A DNA stretch of 63,930 nucleotides, counting the filler, from Lama guanicoe (taxonomy: Eukaryota), in assembly GCA_013239625.1 (NCBI GenBank). It is 130 parts of 130 records of this genome, joined end to end, with 100 filler letters (N's around TTAATTAATTAA, not from the genome) between each part and the next. Parts side by side here need not be neighbours in the genome. Positions count along the whole stretch, not along the records: positions 37,389 to 37,781 come from PNXV01059396.1; positions 37,882 to 38,267 come from PNXV01059397.1; positions 38,368 to 38,760 come from PNXV01059398.1; positions 38,861 to 39,253 come from PNXV01059399.1; positions 39,354 to 39,746 come from PNXV01059400.1; positions 39,847 to 40,239 come from PNXV01059401.1; positions 40,340 to 40,732 come from PNXV01059402.1; positions 40,833 to 41,225 come from PNXV01059403.1; 122 more parts are not named here. One strand, 5' to 3'. Of the stretch, positions 37,690 through 51,041 are shown one piece after another. The position numbers were made by a program, and so were the translations under genes. Below the pieces are notes generated by a model. That model saw only the letters and a list, made by a program, of their open reading frames with translations, was not told where the DNA came from and did no database searches. Numbering within the stretch: the stretch's first letter is position 1; the number at the start of each line of letters is the position of its first letter.

Positions 37690-39353
37690 TTGTTGTATGT
37701 GCATTCTGAAATCCATCTTTTAAAAAATCGTATGTGCAACATTTACCAATGTGCTATAATCTGTGTGCATTTTTTTTTTTGNNNNNNNNNNNNNNNNNNN
37801 NNNNNNNNNNNNNNNNNNNNNNNNNTTAATTAATTAANNNNNNNNNNNNNNNNNNNNNNNNNNNNNNNNNNNNNNNNNNNNGACCCTCATCACACCGTGT
37901 AGAGTCTCCTCTGGTGCCACAAGGTATGTCAGCAGAATCGTTTTTGCTTCTACCTCCAGGGCAGAGGGGCACCCGGAGGTTGGTGGCCAGGTCAGGAACA
38001 GCAAAGGGAGTGAGAAGAGAGGAAATCCCAGTTGGTGTCACTTCCTTTGTGTTTCCCTTCTGGAGAGCCTGCTCTGGGAACGCTAGAGTTCCCCCTCCCC
38101 GGGCCGACTCTGTTCCTCGGTCACTGGTCAGAACCCACTATGTGCCAGTCCAGTATATAAGACCCCCCCTGCTCTTGAAACACTTACAGCCCAGGAGAAT
38201 GTGTAAGAAAAACAAGGTTAAAAGAAGATGTGGTATATTTATACAATGGAATACTACTCAGCCATAANNNNNNNNNNNNNNNNNNNNNNNNNNNNNNNNN
38301 NNNNNNNNNNNTTAATTAATTAANNNNNNNNNNNNNNNNNNNNNNNNNNNNNNNNNNNNNNNNNNNNCTGGCCGCCTGCTCTGGGGCCGCCGGGGAGAGT
38401 GTAACGCCGGTACCTTTTGCGAGGGCAGACCATCTGGTAAAGGAGTACCTGGTTTTAGGAGTGTACAAGGAGTAACCTGCTTTTAAAAACAGATACTTTG
38501 AGGTGAAGGTTAATGTAGATTAAGCCAGCTTTTCCTGGAAGCCAGAGGTCTTTGGATGAGCTTTAAAGGGTAACCTTGGGAAAATAAATAAACTAGAAGC
38601 TTGGACTGTTCAGAAATTCCTGCTTACTTACCAACAGCTGACATACTAATGGAAAGTTGTTTGTTTACCAATAATTTGTTTGGTGCTCATTTAGTAGGCT
38701 GCTTTATTTCAGCTTAAAACGTGCTGTTCAGTAAGTGTGAGGCACCGTGCGTGCTGAGCTNNNNNNNNNNNNNNNNNNNNNNNNNNNNNNNNNNNNNNNN
38801 NNNNTTAATTAATTAANNNNNNNNNNNNNNNNNNNNNNNNNNNNNNNNNNNNNNNNNNNNTCCTTCTATAGTAAGTTTACTGAATACATAGAGTTTCTTT
38901 GTTCCCATCTGAGTGGTTTTGTTCATTTCCACATGATCTTTGAAAAAGCAAAGAAGAAGGTAGGTGGAGGGTGAGGATGTTTTTACAAGAAAGGTTCAGA
39001 AAATTTCAAGGATGTTCTGCCATTAGGCTGGCTCCAAAGGCTCAACACAGCCCCCACAAACACAAGCACACACACAGACATACAGAGACATACACACACA
39101 GACAACAGTGTTCCAGGGTTCCTTGTCAAACTCACAACATAAGAAAGTAGAATAAAATTAGAACAGGAAAGGGTGGAAAAGTGGAGGCAGGCAAAGGAGT
39201 CGATCAGTGATCGAAAGGGGAGGCAGCAAGGGAAGGATGGAGGACGTATCCAANNNNNNNNNNNNNNNNNNNNNNNNNNNNNNNNNNNNNNNNNNNNTTA
39301 ATTAATTAANNNNNNNNNNNNNNNNNNNNNNNNNNNNNNNNNNNNNNNNNNNN

Positions 39354-39498
39354 TTTTGTATTTATATTCATTTTGGGGTGGGTGGTGTTGTAATTAGGTT
39401 TATTTATTTATTTGTTTTTAATGGAGGAACTGGGGATTGAACCCAAGACCTCATGCATGCCAACCATGCTCTCTACCACTGAGCCATACTCAACCCCC
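39354..39498 (-). mobile_element. tRNA-Ala-derived SINE (Vic-1-like)
   Basis: The reverse complement has a tRNA head (tatggctcagtggtagagagcatggttggcatgcatgaggtcttgggttcaatccccagttcctcca) followed by an A-rich tail. Confidence 0.85.
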
Positions 39499-41325
39499 TT
39501 GACGTTCTCTTTTATGACACCAGTTTTCAATCTTCCGTGTTGCTCTGTCATTCCCAGTGACCTGAGTTTGACTCATCTCCCCACAAGTCATTGGACCCAA
39601 TTTTCTGCAGCTCAGTCCTAGATTTCGTTTGTTCAAACTTATCCTTCTAAGAAAAACAGTGCAAAACCCACCTGGTTTATGGACAACATACAAGAAGTTG
39701 AGCCCCTAGCTCAAGGGACAAGAAGTTGGCTGAAGTGTTCATGTCTNNNNNNNNNNNNNNNNNNNNNNNNNNNNNNNNNNNNNNNNNNNNTTAATTAATT
39801 AANNNNNNNNNNNNNNNNNNNNNNNNNNNNNNNNNNNNNNNNNNNNAGAACAGCTGTAGAGCGTGGCTGGGGAAGCCTCTGGGGCCCCAGCAGGAATGTT
39901 GCTACTTAGCACATAAGGCCCGGGAAGCCAACAAAGAAATTTGAGGTTGGGGTGCAACATCCTCAAGGTTTACTTTTAATAAGAAAATTCATTCTGCAAC
40001 GAGAACAGACAACTGAAGGAGAGTGTTCTTTTCCTTGCAGTGTAAGATTGAGATGAGAGTGATTTAGATTGTGCACATTTTGCAAAATGGATGAGCTGAA
40101 AAGAGTTTCAGGAGACACACCTGAAAGAATTTTATGGATTGAAGATAGATGTTAGAAAGAGAAACATATAAAGATGCCCACGATTTGGATGGTGATGCCA
40201 TTTGCTGATATTGAGGACAGCAGGGACAGTACAGTGAAGNNNNNNNNNNNNNNNNNNNNNNNNNNNNNNNNNNNNNNNNNNNNTTAATTAATTAANNNNN
40301 NNNNNNNNNNNNNNNNNNNNNNNNNNNNNNNNNNNNNNNCTTCCTTGTAGTAGTGATCCCTTCACCTGTATTCTTAATTCTGTTCCTCGTTGCTTCTCTG
40401 TAGCCTCAACCATCACCCCCTACTCTGTCCTCTCTCTTCTACTTTGCCTTCTGCATGGCTTCTTCCCGGCATGTTATGTGCATGCTCAGCTCTTTCATCT
40501 TTCTATCCTTCAACTTTCCACTGTAGTGGCTACTTTCACCCTTTATTCCTTTCATAGCTAAACTTCATGAAATATTTGACTTCTTTAACTTCCAGTCATT
40601 CCCTGATTCACTGGAGGTCTCACTCCCTTCTTCACTCTCCCCATCAACAGTTTCACACTATCAGCTTGATAGCAGACATCCTAATAACCACATCCCACAG
40701 GCATGACCTCTTTGTGGCCTTTTTTTTTTTTTNNNNNNNNNNNNNNNNNNNNNNNNNNNNNNNNNNNNNNNNNNNNTTAATTAATTAANNNNNNNNNNNN
40801 NNNNNNNNNNNNNNNNNNNNNNNNNNNNNNNNTTTTTTACCAAAAGAATACATAAACCTTAATAAATTGACCCACTACACTATGTAACCTATTAACACAC
40901 AGAACAAAACTAATGACATTGAGTAGAAGCTAAGGTATAAAACTGCTTTCATATATTCTGCTTTTATTTTAGGTTATTTTTACAAACTTGGCAAAAAAAT
41001 CAATATAGATATTTTAAGGAATGATATTGTATGTCAATTTAATGCTTAGAGATATAAATACTTTCTCCTTTAAAATAATTATCCATGAAGTCAACCATTC
41101 TAGCTCAATCAGAGTTTATGTCTTTTTTACATATTCAGATGGAATTGTGTGTACATAAAACACATAGTGACAATAATATATACTAACACTTTCATTCAAT
41201 GTTATGTATACGTTAACTTTTTTTTNNNNNNNNNNNNNNNNNNNNNNNNNNNNNNNNNNNNNNNNNNNNTTAATTAATTAANNNNNNNNNNNNNNNNNNN
41301 NNNNNNNNNNNNNNNNNNNNNNNNN

Positions 41326-41718
41326 CCCTCCTCTTTGATTCTTTGGAAGAGCTTGAGAAGGACTGGTGTTAATTCTTCTTGAAGTCTTTGGTAGAATTCC
41401 CCAGGGAAGCCATCTGGTCCTCAGATTTTATTTGTTGGAAGATGTTTTTTGTTTGGGGTGGGGTTTGTTGTTGTTGTTGTTGTTAATGCTCAATCTCCTC
41501 ATTAGTTACAGGTCTGTTCAGATTTTTTATTTCTTTGTGACTCAGTCGTGATAGATTGAACATTTCTAGGAATTGATCCGTGTATTCTGGGGTATCCAAT
41601 TTGCTGGCATATAATTGCTTTTAGCAATCTCTTACAATCCTTTTTATTCTGTGACATCAGTCGTAATGTCTCTTTCATTCTTAATTTTAGGTTTTTGAGC
41701 CCTCTTCCCTTTTTCTCA
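41326..41718 (-). mobile_element. L1 ORF2 fragment
   Basis: tggaagagcttgagaaggactggtgttaattcttct...tggtagaattcccca.ggaagccatctggtcct. Confidence 0.88.
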
Positions 41719-42149
41719 NNNNNNNNNNNNNNNNNNNNNNNNNNNNNNNNNNNNNNNNNNNNTTAATTAATTAANNNNNNNNNNNNNNNNNNNNNNNNNN
41801 NNNNNNNNNNNNNNNNNNGAGCCAGGGTCGTATGGCGTGTAGGGGAGCAGAGGAACGTGTGGCACTTGAGAGTGAGATGTGCTTTGTGCCGAGGAGGGGA
41901 AGGGTCCGTTGGCATTGCCTGGTCTGTCCTGTCGCTCTTGGCCAGGGACAGGAAGGAGCCTCCTGTGAAGGCTCTGACTTGCCTACTGCATCAGAGGAAA
42001 TCAACAGTGGGGTGAGGTTAGTGGAGAACATTCATATTTTAACTTAAAAGCCTAGTCCTAAACTTCCCGCTGCTTTGGGATTTCTCTCTCTACTACTTTG
42101 CAGTTGTTCTAAGGATGCATGATGCACCTGTCTACAAAACTTGATAGAA

Positions 42150-42211
42150 GGAGGTGGAGGGTATAGCTCAGTGGCAGAATGCATGCCTAGCATGCATGAG
42201 GTCCTGGGTTC
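42150..42211 (+). mobile_element. tRNA-Ala-derived SINE 5' end (Vic-1-like)
   Basis: gggtatagctcagtggcagaatgcatgcctagcatgcatgaggtcctgggttc has an A box and the start of a B box. Truncated by the contig end. Confidence 0.85.
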
Positions 42212-43292
42212 NNNNNNNNNNNNNNNNNNNNNNNNNNNNNNNNNNNNNNNNNNNNTTAATTAATTAANNNNNNNNNNNNNNNNNNNNNNNNNNNNNNNNN
42301 NNNNNNNNNNNCTCACTCTCTGTCAACAGCCCTAACCTGCAGGGTATTTGCTGAAAAGAATCAGCAGCAATTGCTTAACATAATGGGTGCCCGAGGCAGT
42401 GATACCAGTCAGAGGTAAGAGCTTAGGGCTTTCTTAGGCTCTGTACAATCAGAAAGTGAAGGCTAAAACAGAGAGGTAGACTTATTTCTCAGAGTGTTAA
42501 AGACCTGCCCAGCAGAGTTTGTCAGCAGAAGGTTGGGAGACTTACTGGTTCAAGGAATTTAAGAAAATCTCTATCTATTTGTTACTAGGATAACTGAACA
42601 CACATCAGTTGCCACACATGACAAATAATACACACTTTAAAGAAATAATCAAGACACCTACACCCCAATGTTCATAGCAGCACTATTTACAATAGCCAAN
42701 NNNNNNNNNNNNNNNNNNNNNNNNNNNNNNNNNNNNNNNNNNNTTAATTAATTAANNNNNNNNNNNNNNNNNNNNNNNNNNNNNNNNNNNNNNNNNNNNT
42801 CCAGTTCATCCTCAAAGCTTCAGAAGCCTCTGCCCTTCCTGCTCTGCCACCCAGAATGGGACCTCAGCTCAGATGGCAGCACCAGCCCTCTCTGGCCATG
42901 CCCAGCTCTAGATAGGGGTTGACCAGTAGGCCACTCCCTCATGTTCCATGTTTCTAGGAGTTTCCCATTACTAAGGAAATGTGATTTGAGTAGTATTTCT
43001 CAATTTTTTTCTTTTTGGCCACAGATTTTATACAACTTTTGAAAAGCTATTTCTTTTATTTTGCTTTTTAAATGATTACTTTTCCTATTAGATGTGTAAT
43101 ATAGGAATATACTTTTGTGTTACATCTCCAGACCTGAATACAATCTTCCATAGATGATTTATTATGCATATATGTGGATTTTCAGCTATGTTNNNNNNNN
43201 NNNNNNNNNNNNNNNNNNNNNNNNNNNNNNNNNNNNTTAATTAATTAANNNNNNNNNNNNNNNNNNNNNNNNNNNNNNNNNNNNNNNNNNNN

Positions 43293-43680
43293 TATTCTGT
43301 GTTCTAAATTCTAAATTGTACATTCTGTATTCTGTATTCTGCATTTTATATTCTGTGTTCTACATTCTATATTCTACATTCGATATTCTGAATTCTGTAT
43401 TCTGTATAATATACTCTGTGTTCTGTGTTCCCTGCCTAAATTCTAGGTTATGTATTCTGTATTTTTTATTCTATACTCTGTGTTATGCCCTTCTTTTTCT
43501 AAATTCTGAGTTCTGTATTCTATATTGTATATTCTGTGTTCTTCATTTTTATCCTACTAAGCATATTGTGAACCCTATATTCTAAATTCTGTGCTCTGAA
43601 TTCCATGTTCTTATTTCTGGGTTCTGTGTTCTCTTATCTATATTCTATATTTTGTGTTCTACATTCTATATTCTACATTC
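43293..43680. repeat. Degenerate 7-bp tandem repeat (TATTCTG/TGTTCTA)n
   Basis: Continuous heptamer periodicity across the contig. Confidence 0.92.
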
Positions 43681-44273
43681 NNNNNNNNNNNNNNNNNNNN
43701 NNNNNNNNNNNNNNNNNNNNNNNNTTAATTAATTAANNNNNNNNNNNNNNNNNNNNNNNNNNNNNNNNNNNNNNNNNNNNTTTCAATGTTTGGTCAGTTT
43801 TCGTAACGAATATACCTCAGATCATGCTAAGAGGATGCTTGTGGGCAGTGGGCTGAGGGCAGGTCCTTGGCAACTTCCCTGTTGGAATCTAGTCTCCCTT
43901 CTGTGGTCAATTCTTATAGTTTATATTGTTAATTTATATCGCATATAAGTATTGTTAATATCTTCCTATGTTTTTGCATTTGTTTCTCCCATTAATATGA
44001 TAAATTACAGAAATTACTAGATTTTCTAATGCACTAAACATGCATTTATGAGATAACCCTGTCTTGATCATCACGTATGAAGTTTATGACATATTACTGG
44101 GTTCTGTTGTCTAATATTATGTTCAAATTTTTTGAATATCTATTCCTAGGTGAGATTGTGGGTTTTTTTTTTTNNNNNNNNNNNNNNNNNNNNNNNNNNN
44201 NNNNNNNNNNNNNNNNNTTAATTAATTAANNNNNNNNNNNNNNNNNNNNNNNNNNNNNNNNNNNNNNNNNNNN

Positions 44274-44667
44274 GCACCCCCGGGGCCGGGCGGCGGCGGC
44301 GGCGGCGCGGGCGGCGGCGCCCAGAGCCTGGTGCACCCGGGGCTGGTGCGCGGGGACACGCCCGAGCTGGCCGATCACCACCATCACCACCACCACCACG
44401 CGCACCCGCACCCGCCGCACCCGCACCACGCGCAGGGGCCTCCGCACCACGGCGGCGGCGGCGCGGGGCCGGGACTCAACAGCCACGACCCGCACTCGGA
44501 CGAGGACACGCCGACGTCGGACGACCTGGAGCAGTTCGCCAAGCAGTTCAAGCAGCGGCGCATCAAGCTGGGCTTCACGCAGGCCGACGTGGGGCTGGCA
44601 CTGGGCACGCTGTACGGCAACGTGTTCTCGCAGACCACCATCTGCCGCTTCGAGGCCCTGCAGCTGA
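44274..44667 (+). CDS. POU3F3: POU3F3 (Brn-1), internal fragment: Gly/His tracts and start of the POU-specific domain
   Basis: Open frame [131 protein letters not shown]. Very CpG-rich. Confidence 0.97.
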
Positions 44668-45753
44668 NNNNNNNNNNNNNNNNNNNNNNNNNNNNNNNNN
44701 NNNNNNNNNNNTTAATTAATTAANNNNNNNNNNNNNNNNNNNNNNNNNNNNNNNNNNNNNNNNNNNNTTCAAAGACTTTGTATTTATTCCAACTAACTTT
44801 GAATTACTTTCAGAATCCACATCACATTTCTTTAACTATCTGAATTATGCCAAATTTTTGCCTTTTTAAAGTGGATTTGATATTCTTAGAAAATCATTTT
44901 GAAATCGTATTTACTGAGGTGACTTAACAGAGTGAGTAATACTGGTTTAATAATTTTTTGTTGTTTCTAATGTAACAAGATTGGAAATATTTCTCTCCTA
45001 ATATTACCTTAATAGTCTTCATCTGGTGAATTGCTAGCAGGTTGATGATAACTGGTTACTAATTGGCTGACAATCACCAGCCGACTCTGACTGGCCCCAA
45101 AGGGGGAATATGTGCCAAGGAAAAAGTGAATTTCAGAGTCCAGGCTCAAATCAGCACAGCNNNNNNNNNNNNNNNNNNNNNNNNNNNNNNNNNNNNNNNN
45201 NNNNTTAATTAATTAANNNNNNNNNNNNNNNNNNNNNNNNNNNNNNNNNNNNNNNNNNNNGGGAATTTTAGGCGGTGTTGGGAGGTCAGTTCATAGTCTG
45301 CCTGTGGAGACAAAATTACTTTGCGTGAAAGTACTTTGTGATATAAATGAGAGAGTCTGACAAAGGGCGGTATCAGGCAGTGTGTATTTTATCAAAAGTT
45401 GCTGTAAGAAGACTTCTTTATCTGTAGAACCACTTGTGTAAATTCCAGCCATGATCTAGCTCTGCTTTTAGGAAAAGAGGGGGTGACATTCACACCAAGA
45501 AAGCTCTGGGCGTTACATGCCTGCGGGAGAGGCTGGGGTGGTTCCGAGCCCTGTCGTGTGCATATCAGGTTAGTGGCCTCTTGGAGAGCTCAGGTCACGC
45601 TTAGAACCAGTCCTTCATTCACGGATTCTCTGAACAAGCTGGGTCCTGGCTGCNNNNNNNNNNNNNNNNNNNNNNNNNNNNNNNNNNNNNNNNNNNNTTA
45701 ATTAATTAANNNNNNNNNNNNNNNNNNNNNNNNNNNNNNNNNNNNNNNNNNNN

Positions 45754-46147
45754 TCTCAAGCCTGGAATGCTGCGACACCTTCCCAGTTGGTCTCTTTCGT
45801 TCTCATAACCAACTCCCTCCCCCCTCCCTAATCTAACCTCCACGCTGCCACCAAAGTGATTCCCCCAAAATACTAAGATGGCCATGCCCCTCCCCCAGCA
45901 TACACCTGAAAACCCATATCGACAAGCTGTCTTCAGGATAAAAGCCACAGATCTTTCATCCGGCCTGGACCTGCCTCCCTCCTGCCCCCACTTTGAGCTT
46001 TCCTCTCCTCCCCACACATACTTCCTTCAGTGCCTCAGGACATTCAGAAACCCCTCACCCAGCCTCTTGCCTGGCTAACCCCTACTCATCCTTCAAGTCT
46101 TTGAACACCACTCCTCAAGGCAGCCTCCCTCAGCTCTAGGCCACATT
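45754..46147. mobile_element. L2 LINE remnant
   Basis: ctccacgctgccaccaaagtgatt...cttcaggataaaa...cctggctaacccctactcatccttcaagtct are typical L2 3' motifs. Confidence 0.65.
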
Positions 46148-49100
46148 NNNNNNNNNNNNNNNNNNNNNNNNNNNNNNNNNNNNNNNNNNNNTTAATTAAT
46201 TAANNNNNNNNNNNNNNNNNNNNNNNNNNNNNNNNNNNNNNNNNNNNGAGCACTGTTGGCAGTTTTTTAGCTCTATAAAATTTACTGCCTTGTTTAAAAT
46301 ACAGTGCTTTTAAACTTGGATATATAGAATATGGCTACATTTTACTCTCCACCTTTCTTTAAAACCTTCAAATAATTACACTAATAGTTTTGATTGCCTT
46401 ATAGGTTTTCACTTCATCTTCAAATAGCATATAATTCAAACCCTATTTTATATGTACCACAGATTGCATTTCTCCCATTTTGTAGTGACCCCACCCACTC
46501 TTCTCCTGACCCTCTCTTCACCTTCCCAGACCCTCACAGCTGTCATTACAATTTTCTTTTGTCTAAGTTATACCCATTGTAAAACATTCCAATTTGTCCT
46601 CTAAATTGATGGTAAAAAATGGAAAACTGGTGAACCGTTAGNNNNNNNNNNNNNNNNNNNNNNNNNNNNNNNNNNNNNNNNNNNNTTAATTAATTAANNN
46701 NNNNNNNNNNNNNNNNNNNNNNNNNNNNNNNNNNNNNNNNNTAATTGAATTCAGGAAACAAGTGCTTAACATAAAAAAATGCATACTCGGCTTAAAATGT
46801 GTAGAGTTTCTTTTTGGAGGAGATTATAGAAAAACAAACATTCTTATTACAAGAGGAATAAAAGCTAAAAACACTAAGGGAAGAAATGGGTGTGTTAAAA
46901 ATGGAAATGCTAGTATAGAAAGGGGGCTTGAAAGGATGAAGGTTGATGCAGAGGAAAAAGGTGAAGAGAGGATTGGAAAGAGGCAGAATACAAGAGACGT
47001 GGCAGAGGAGAGTGAACAGATGGTCGACTTCATCCCCAGCTCCTGGCACTCCGCATAAAATGAGTGCCAAGAAGTCAGCCTTGGAAGTGATCAGGGCTGG
47101 TCCATTGGAGGTGTGGGAAGGATGCAAGACCGAGCNNNNNNNNNNNNNNNNNNNNNNNNNNNNNNNNNNNNNNNNNNNNTTAATTAATTAANNNNNNNNN
47201 NNNNNNNNNNNNNNNNNNNNNNNNNNNNNNNNNNNGAGTTAATTTAACCTCTGAGCATTTCTTTTCCTTATTTGTAAATTGCATAACATTCAGAGAGTTG
47301 TTGTAAGGATAAAACTACACGGTACACACAAAGTTTGTAGCACATATTAAATGCTTAAAAGAAAATGCCCAGTAAACAGTAGCTGATAACACTGTTATCA
47401 TTAGCAATTACAGAGTATGAGTTCATTAAAAAACAGAACTGGTGTTGACTGGGTGAAATGAGTGCTGTAGTTAAGAAGAATATTAATATCACATATTCAG
47501 GCAGTGAGAGGACGGGCTTTATGTCTGGCAGAGGTCAGGGGGAATCCCAGCCCTCCCATGGATGGATGGTGTGGCTCTGGGAAATCCAGTGGCCCCCAAG
47601 CCGCTGGGCCTTTGAGGATGCTGCGGAAGNNNNNNNNNNNNNNNNNNNNNNNNNNNNNNNNNNNNNNNNNNNNTTAATTAATTAANNNNNNNNNNNNNNN
47701 NNNNNNNNNNNNNNNNNNNNNNNNNNNNNAGGCTTCCAGAGGGCTCACCCTAGAATAGAAAACTGCTCAGGACAGTTCCCTGCTATTACACTGCAGTGGC
47801 TCCAGAATAAACACTGAAGGTCTCCAGATGTTAAGAACATTACAGTCTGGCTTCAGATCTCTCCCTTGCTGCTGTCCATCCTCATCTCCTAAAACTCCAT
47901 CCACTGTCACCATCATTTTCTCAGTAAGACCAACTGCTGTTGACTGGTGACCAATGAGGAGGTCAAAGAAAACATACACTTTGAATAGATGGGGGCACCA
48001 GAGGCTTCTGAGCAGTGTGAGAGAATCTTGTGTGAGCCAGTGGGAAGGGTCTATGGAGACTGTGGTGTCCCTTTTTTTGTTGTGCAGAAAGCACCTAGCA
48101 GGGAATGTTCTTTTGGTCAAAGGNNNNNNNNNNNNNNNNNNNNNNNNNNNNNNNNNNNNNNNNNNNNTTAATTAATTAANNNNNNNNNNNNNNNNNNNNN
48201 NNNNNNNNNNNNNNNNNNNNNNNGACCAGATACAAATTAACTACAGAAAAATTACCAAGAGTTAATATTGTTTCAAAAAGAACTCTCCCTAGGAAGCTGA
48301 TGATACGGAGAGTGAACACAAAAGCCATGAATCACTTATGAAAAATTCTGGCATCTAATATTCCCATCTGTTTAACATAGCAAGATCTGATGCAGTGCCA
48401 CACTTTTGCCAACAACCTGAGTAAGCAAATCCATGGTTAAACAGGATTTTCAAAAGAAATGAATCAAGCCACAAATGTAAACACCATACAACTATTCTTT
48501 CAAAAACAACAGCAAAGTATATGCAATATAAGAAAAGATGCATATATGTATTTTAGAGGAAGCACCGCCTTCCATAAATAAATAAAACAATCAAGAGGGT
48601 TAGGGAGCTCTTATTATNNNNNNNNNNNNNNNNNNNNNNNNNNNNNNNNNNNNNNNNNNNNTTAATTAATTAANNNNNNNNNNNNNNNNNNNNNNNNNNN
48701 NNNNNNNNNNNNNNNNNTCATTACCACCTTAATTATCTTCATTTCTGTGACAGCCTACTCCATCCACGGTATGTAAAGTTCCAAGGTCTTCCCTCCCTGT
48801 CCACGGCATTTCCCTCTCTGTGTCATTCTTTTCTAGATCCTTCACATAGTCTGAAGAGACTGTCTCATCTGCTGGTCATTTACCTTTTTGCACTGATTTA
48901 AAGACAGCATAAAGGGAAGCATTTTCTATTGTTTAAAATTGTCTTCCTTGCATCTAGAATAGGTGCTAGGAAAGCACATTTTCTATAAAAGCAAGAAAAG
49001 TTCAAAGTGTAGGAGTTAGAAATTCATTGTAACTTAGAGGCTGTAGGGAAAAAAATTTGAACCAGATAAATTATATCCTGTTCATGGTTTTTATTTCAGA

Positions 49101-50888
49101 GGGGAAAAAANNNNNNNNNNNNNNNNNNNNNNNNNNNNNNNNNNNNNNNNNNNNTTAATTAATTAANNNNNNNNNNNNNNNNNNNNNNNNNNNNNNNNNN
49201 NNNNNNNNNNTGTTCTGAAGTAATTAGAAAATTAAATAAAAATTTAAAGATTTCATGAAGGAAAAAAAAGATATTTCCCGCTAAGGTGATTAAAATAAAT
49301 GATTTTAAGATTATTTGTAGTATTCTTTTATTCATGCTATGCTCTGTTCTATCCTTAGTTTTTCGAGATTTTAAAGTAAAAAGATAAATTTAAGAATTGA
49401 GGGTTTAAAGCCAATATTTTTCATTCTGTTCTTGGGCACATCTCTGGCTAAGGTGTGTGTACACAGAGTGAAAATTCTCCAAAGCAATGTAACGAAGGGC
49501 TTCCGAATGCCCCCTAATACCCATTGCTGTAGCTTCCTGGCCTTCAAGTGTTTCTGGTGGGAAAGTATGAAGCTCTCAGAGAGTGCTGTCATTTAAATAG
49601 CCAANNNNNNNNNNNNNNNNNNNNNNNNNNNNNNNNNNNNNNNNNNNNTTAATTAATTAANNNNNNNNNNNNNNNNNNNNNNNNNNNNNNNNNNNNNNNN
49701 NNNNCGTCTGTGCTGCTCCCAGCACCTGTCAGCAAGCAGATTGCGCCTCCTCCCAACACTGTCAGGTGCAGCTCTCCTTTGCTGTGGGTGGGCGGGTTAC
49801 TGCCCCTCCCGATGCCACAGTCAGATGTTGCAGACTCGCCAGGTAGGAGGGCGGGTCACGCCCCCTCCCAGCACCGCAGTCAGGGGCTGCATTCCTGCCC
49901 GAAAGGTGGGGGGCCGCCCGCCCTCTTCTGGTGCCGGTTGCCACGCTACTCTGTGCCGCTGAGCTCTCAGCCTCGGGTGGGCATTCTGCAGGCGGGCTCG
50001 AGGAAGACTAAGGAACAGCCCTGTCCCTGCTCTGGGCCAGAACCCGGCTCCTTGTTTGTCTTGGTGGAGCAAGTTCTCTGAGGGACCAGGACAGAAGGNN
50101 NNNNNNNNNNNNNNNNNNNNNNNNNNNNNNNNNNNNNNNNNNTTAATTAATTAANNNNNNNNNNNNNNNNNNNNNNNNNNNNNNNNNNNNNNNNNNNNTT
50201 TTCAACATTTGACTATTGAGAATGATGTTAACTGTGGACTTGCCATGAATGGTCCTTATTATATTGAGATATATTCTTTCTATACTCAATTTGTGGAGAG
50301 TTCTATCTTGAAAGAATTTTGAATTTTGTCAAGTGCTTTTCCTGCATCTGTTGAGATGATCATATGGGTTTTATTTTTCATTCTATTAATTTATACAACC
50401 ATTTCTTCACAAAAACCTACTCCCTGTGGAGAAGGTATATAATTGTAATATGGCATAAATGAATTTGAATATTTTTTTCTAAGATTTGATATGTGTCCTT
50501 TATGCAACTGATTTAACTTCATTTGGTCAGTAATAATAAAAACATAGGATTTTTGAAGCTTTATTTTATTAATATGTAATTTTCATGCAATANNNNNNNN
50601 NNNNNNNNNNNNNNNNNNNNNNNNNNNNNNNNNNNNTTAATTAATTAANNNNNNNNNNNNNNNNNNNNNNNNNNNNNNNNNNNNNNNNNNNNTCCCTTCC
50701 TTCTTCATTAGCCTTGTCTTCTCACATCTTTTCCCTTCCAAGCATTCTGTAGTCTCCCCTTCACCTATATACAGTCACACCTTAGGCTTTTGCTAAATAT
50801 GCATCCTGTGTCTGGATTATTTTCCATGCCTTGTCCATCTAGAAGACAAAAATTTCATCTTGAGTTGTGAATTCAAGAGTCACTTCCT

Positions 50889-51041
50889 GTTTTTAAATAT
50901 TTTTTGAAAAATGCTTAGGGGAGGAGGTAGTTAGTTTTGTTTGTTTGTTTGTTTTTATATTTAACGGAGGCACGGGGGATTGAACCCAGGACCTCGTCCA
51001 TGCTAAGCATGCACGCTATCACTGAATTATACCCTCCCCCC
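50889..51041 (-). mobile_element. Full-length tRNA-Ala-derived SINE (Vic-1-like) with candidate target-site duplication
   Basis: Antisense tRNA head (ggggattgaacccaggacctcgtccatgctaagcatgcacgctatcactgaattataccctcccc), flanked by gtcacttcct (50879-50888) and gtcgcttcct (51042-51051). Confidence 0.88.

Noticed and set aside
42150..42211. tRNA-Ala gene
   Set aside because: It has mismatches in the stems and a 5' extension, and related copies carry A-rich tails and a TSD, so these are SINEs.
43316..43585. Hydrophobic membrane-protein-like ORF
   Set aside because: Translation of the (TATTCTG)n repeat.
44226..44641. Two antisense ORFs over POU3F3
   Set aside because: Shadow frames expected in very GC-rich coding DNA.
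46742..47135. Four overlapping ORFs in one contig
   Set aside because: Purine-rich sequence with no recognisable homology or splice signals that I can support.
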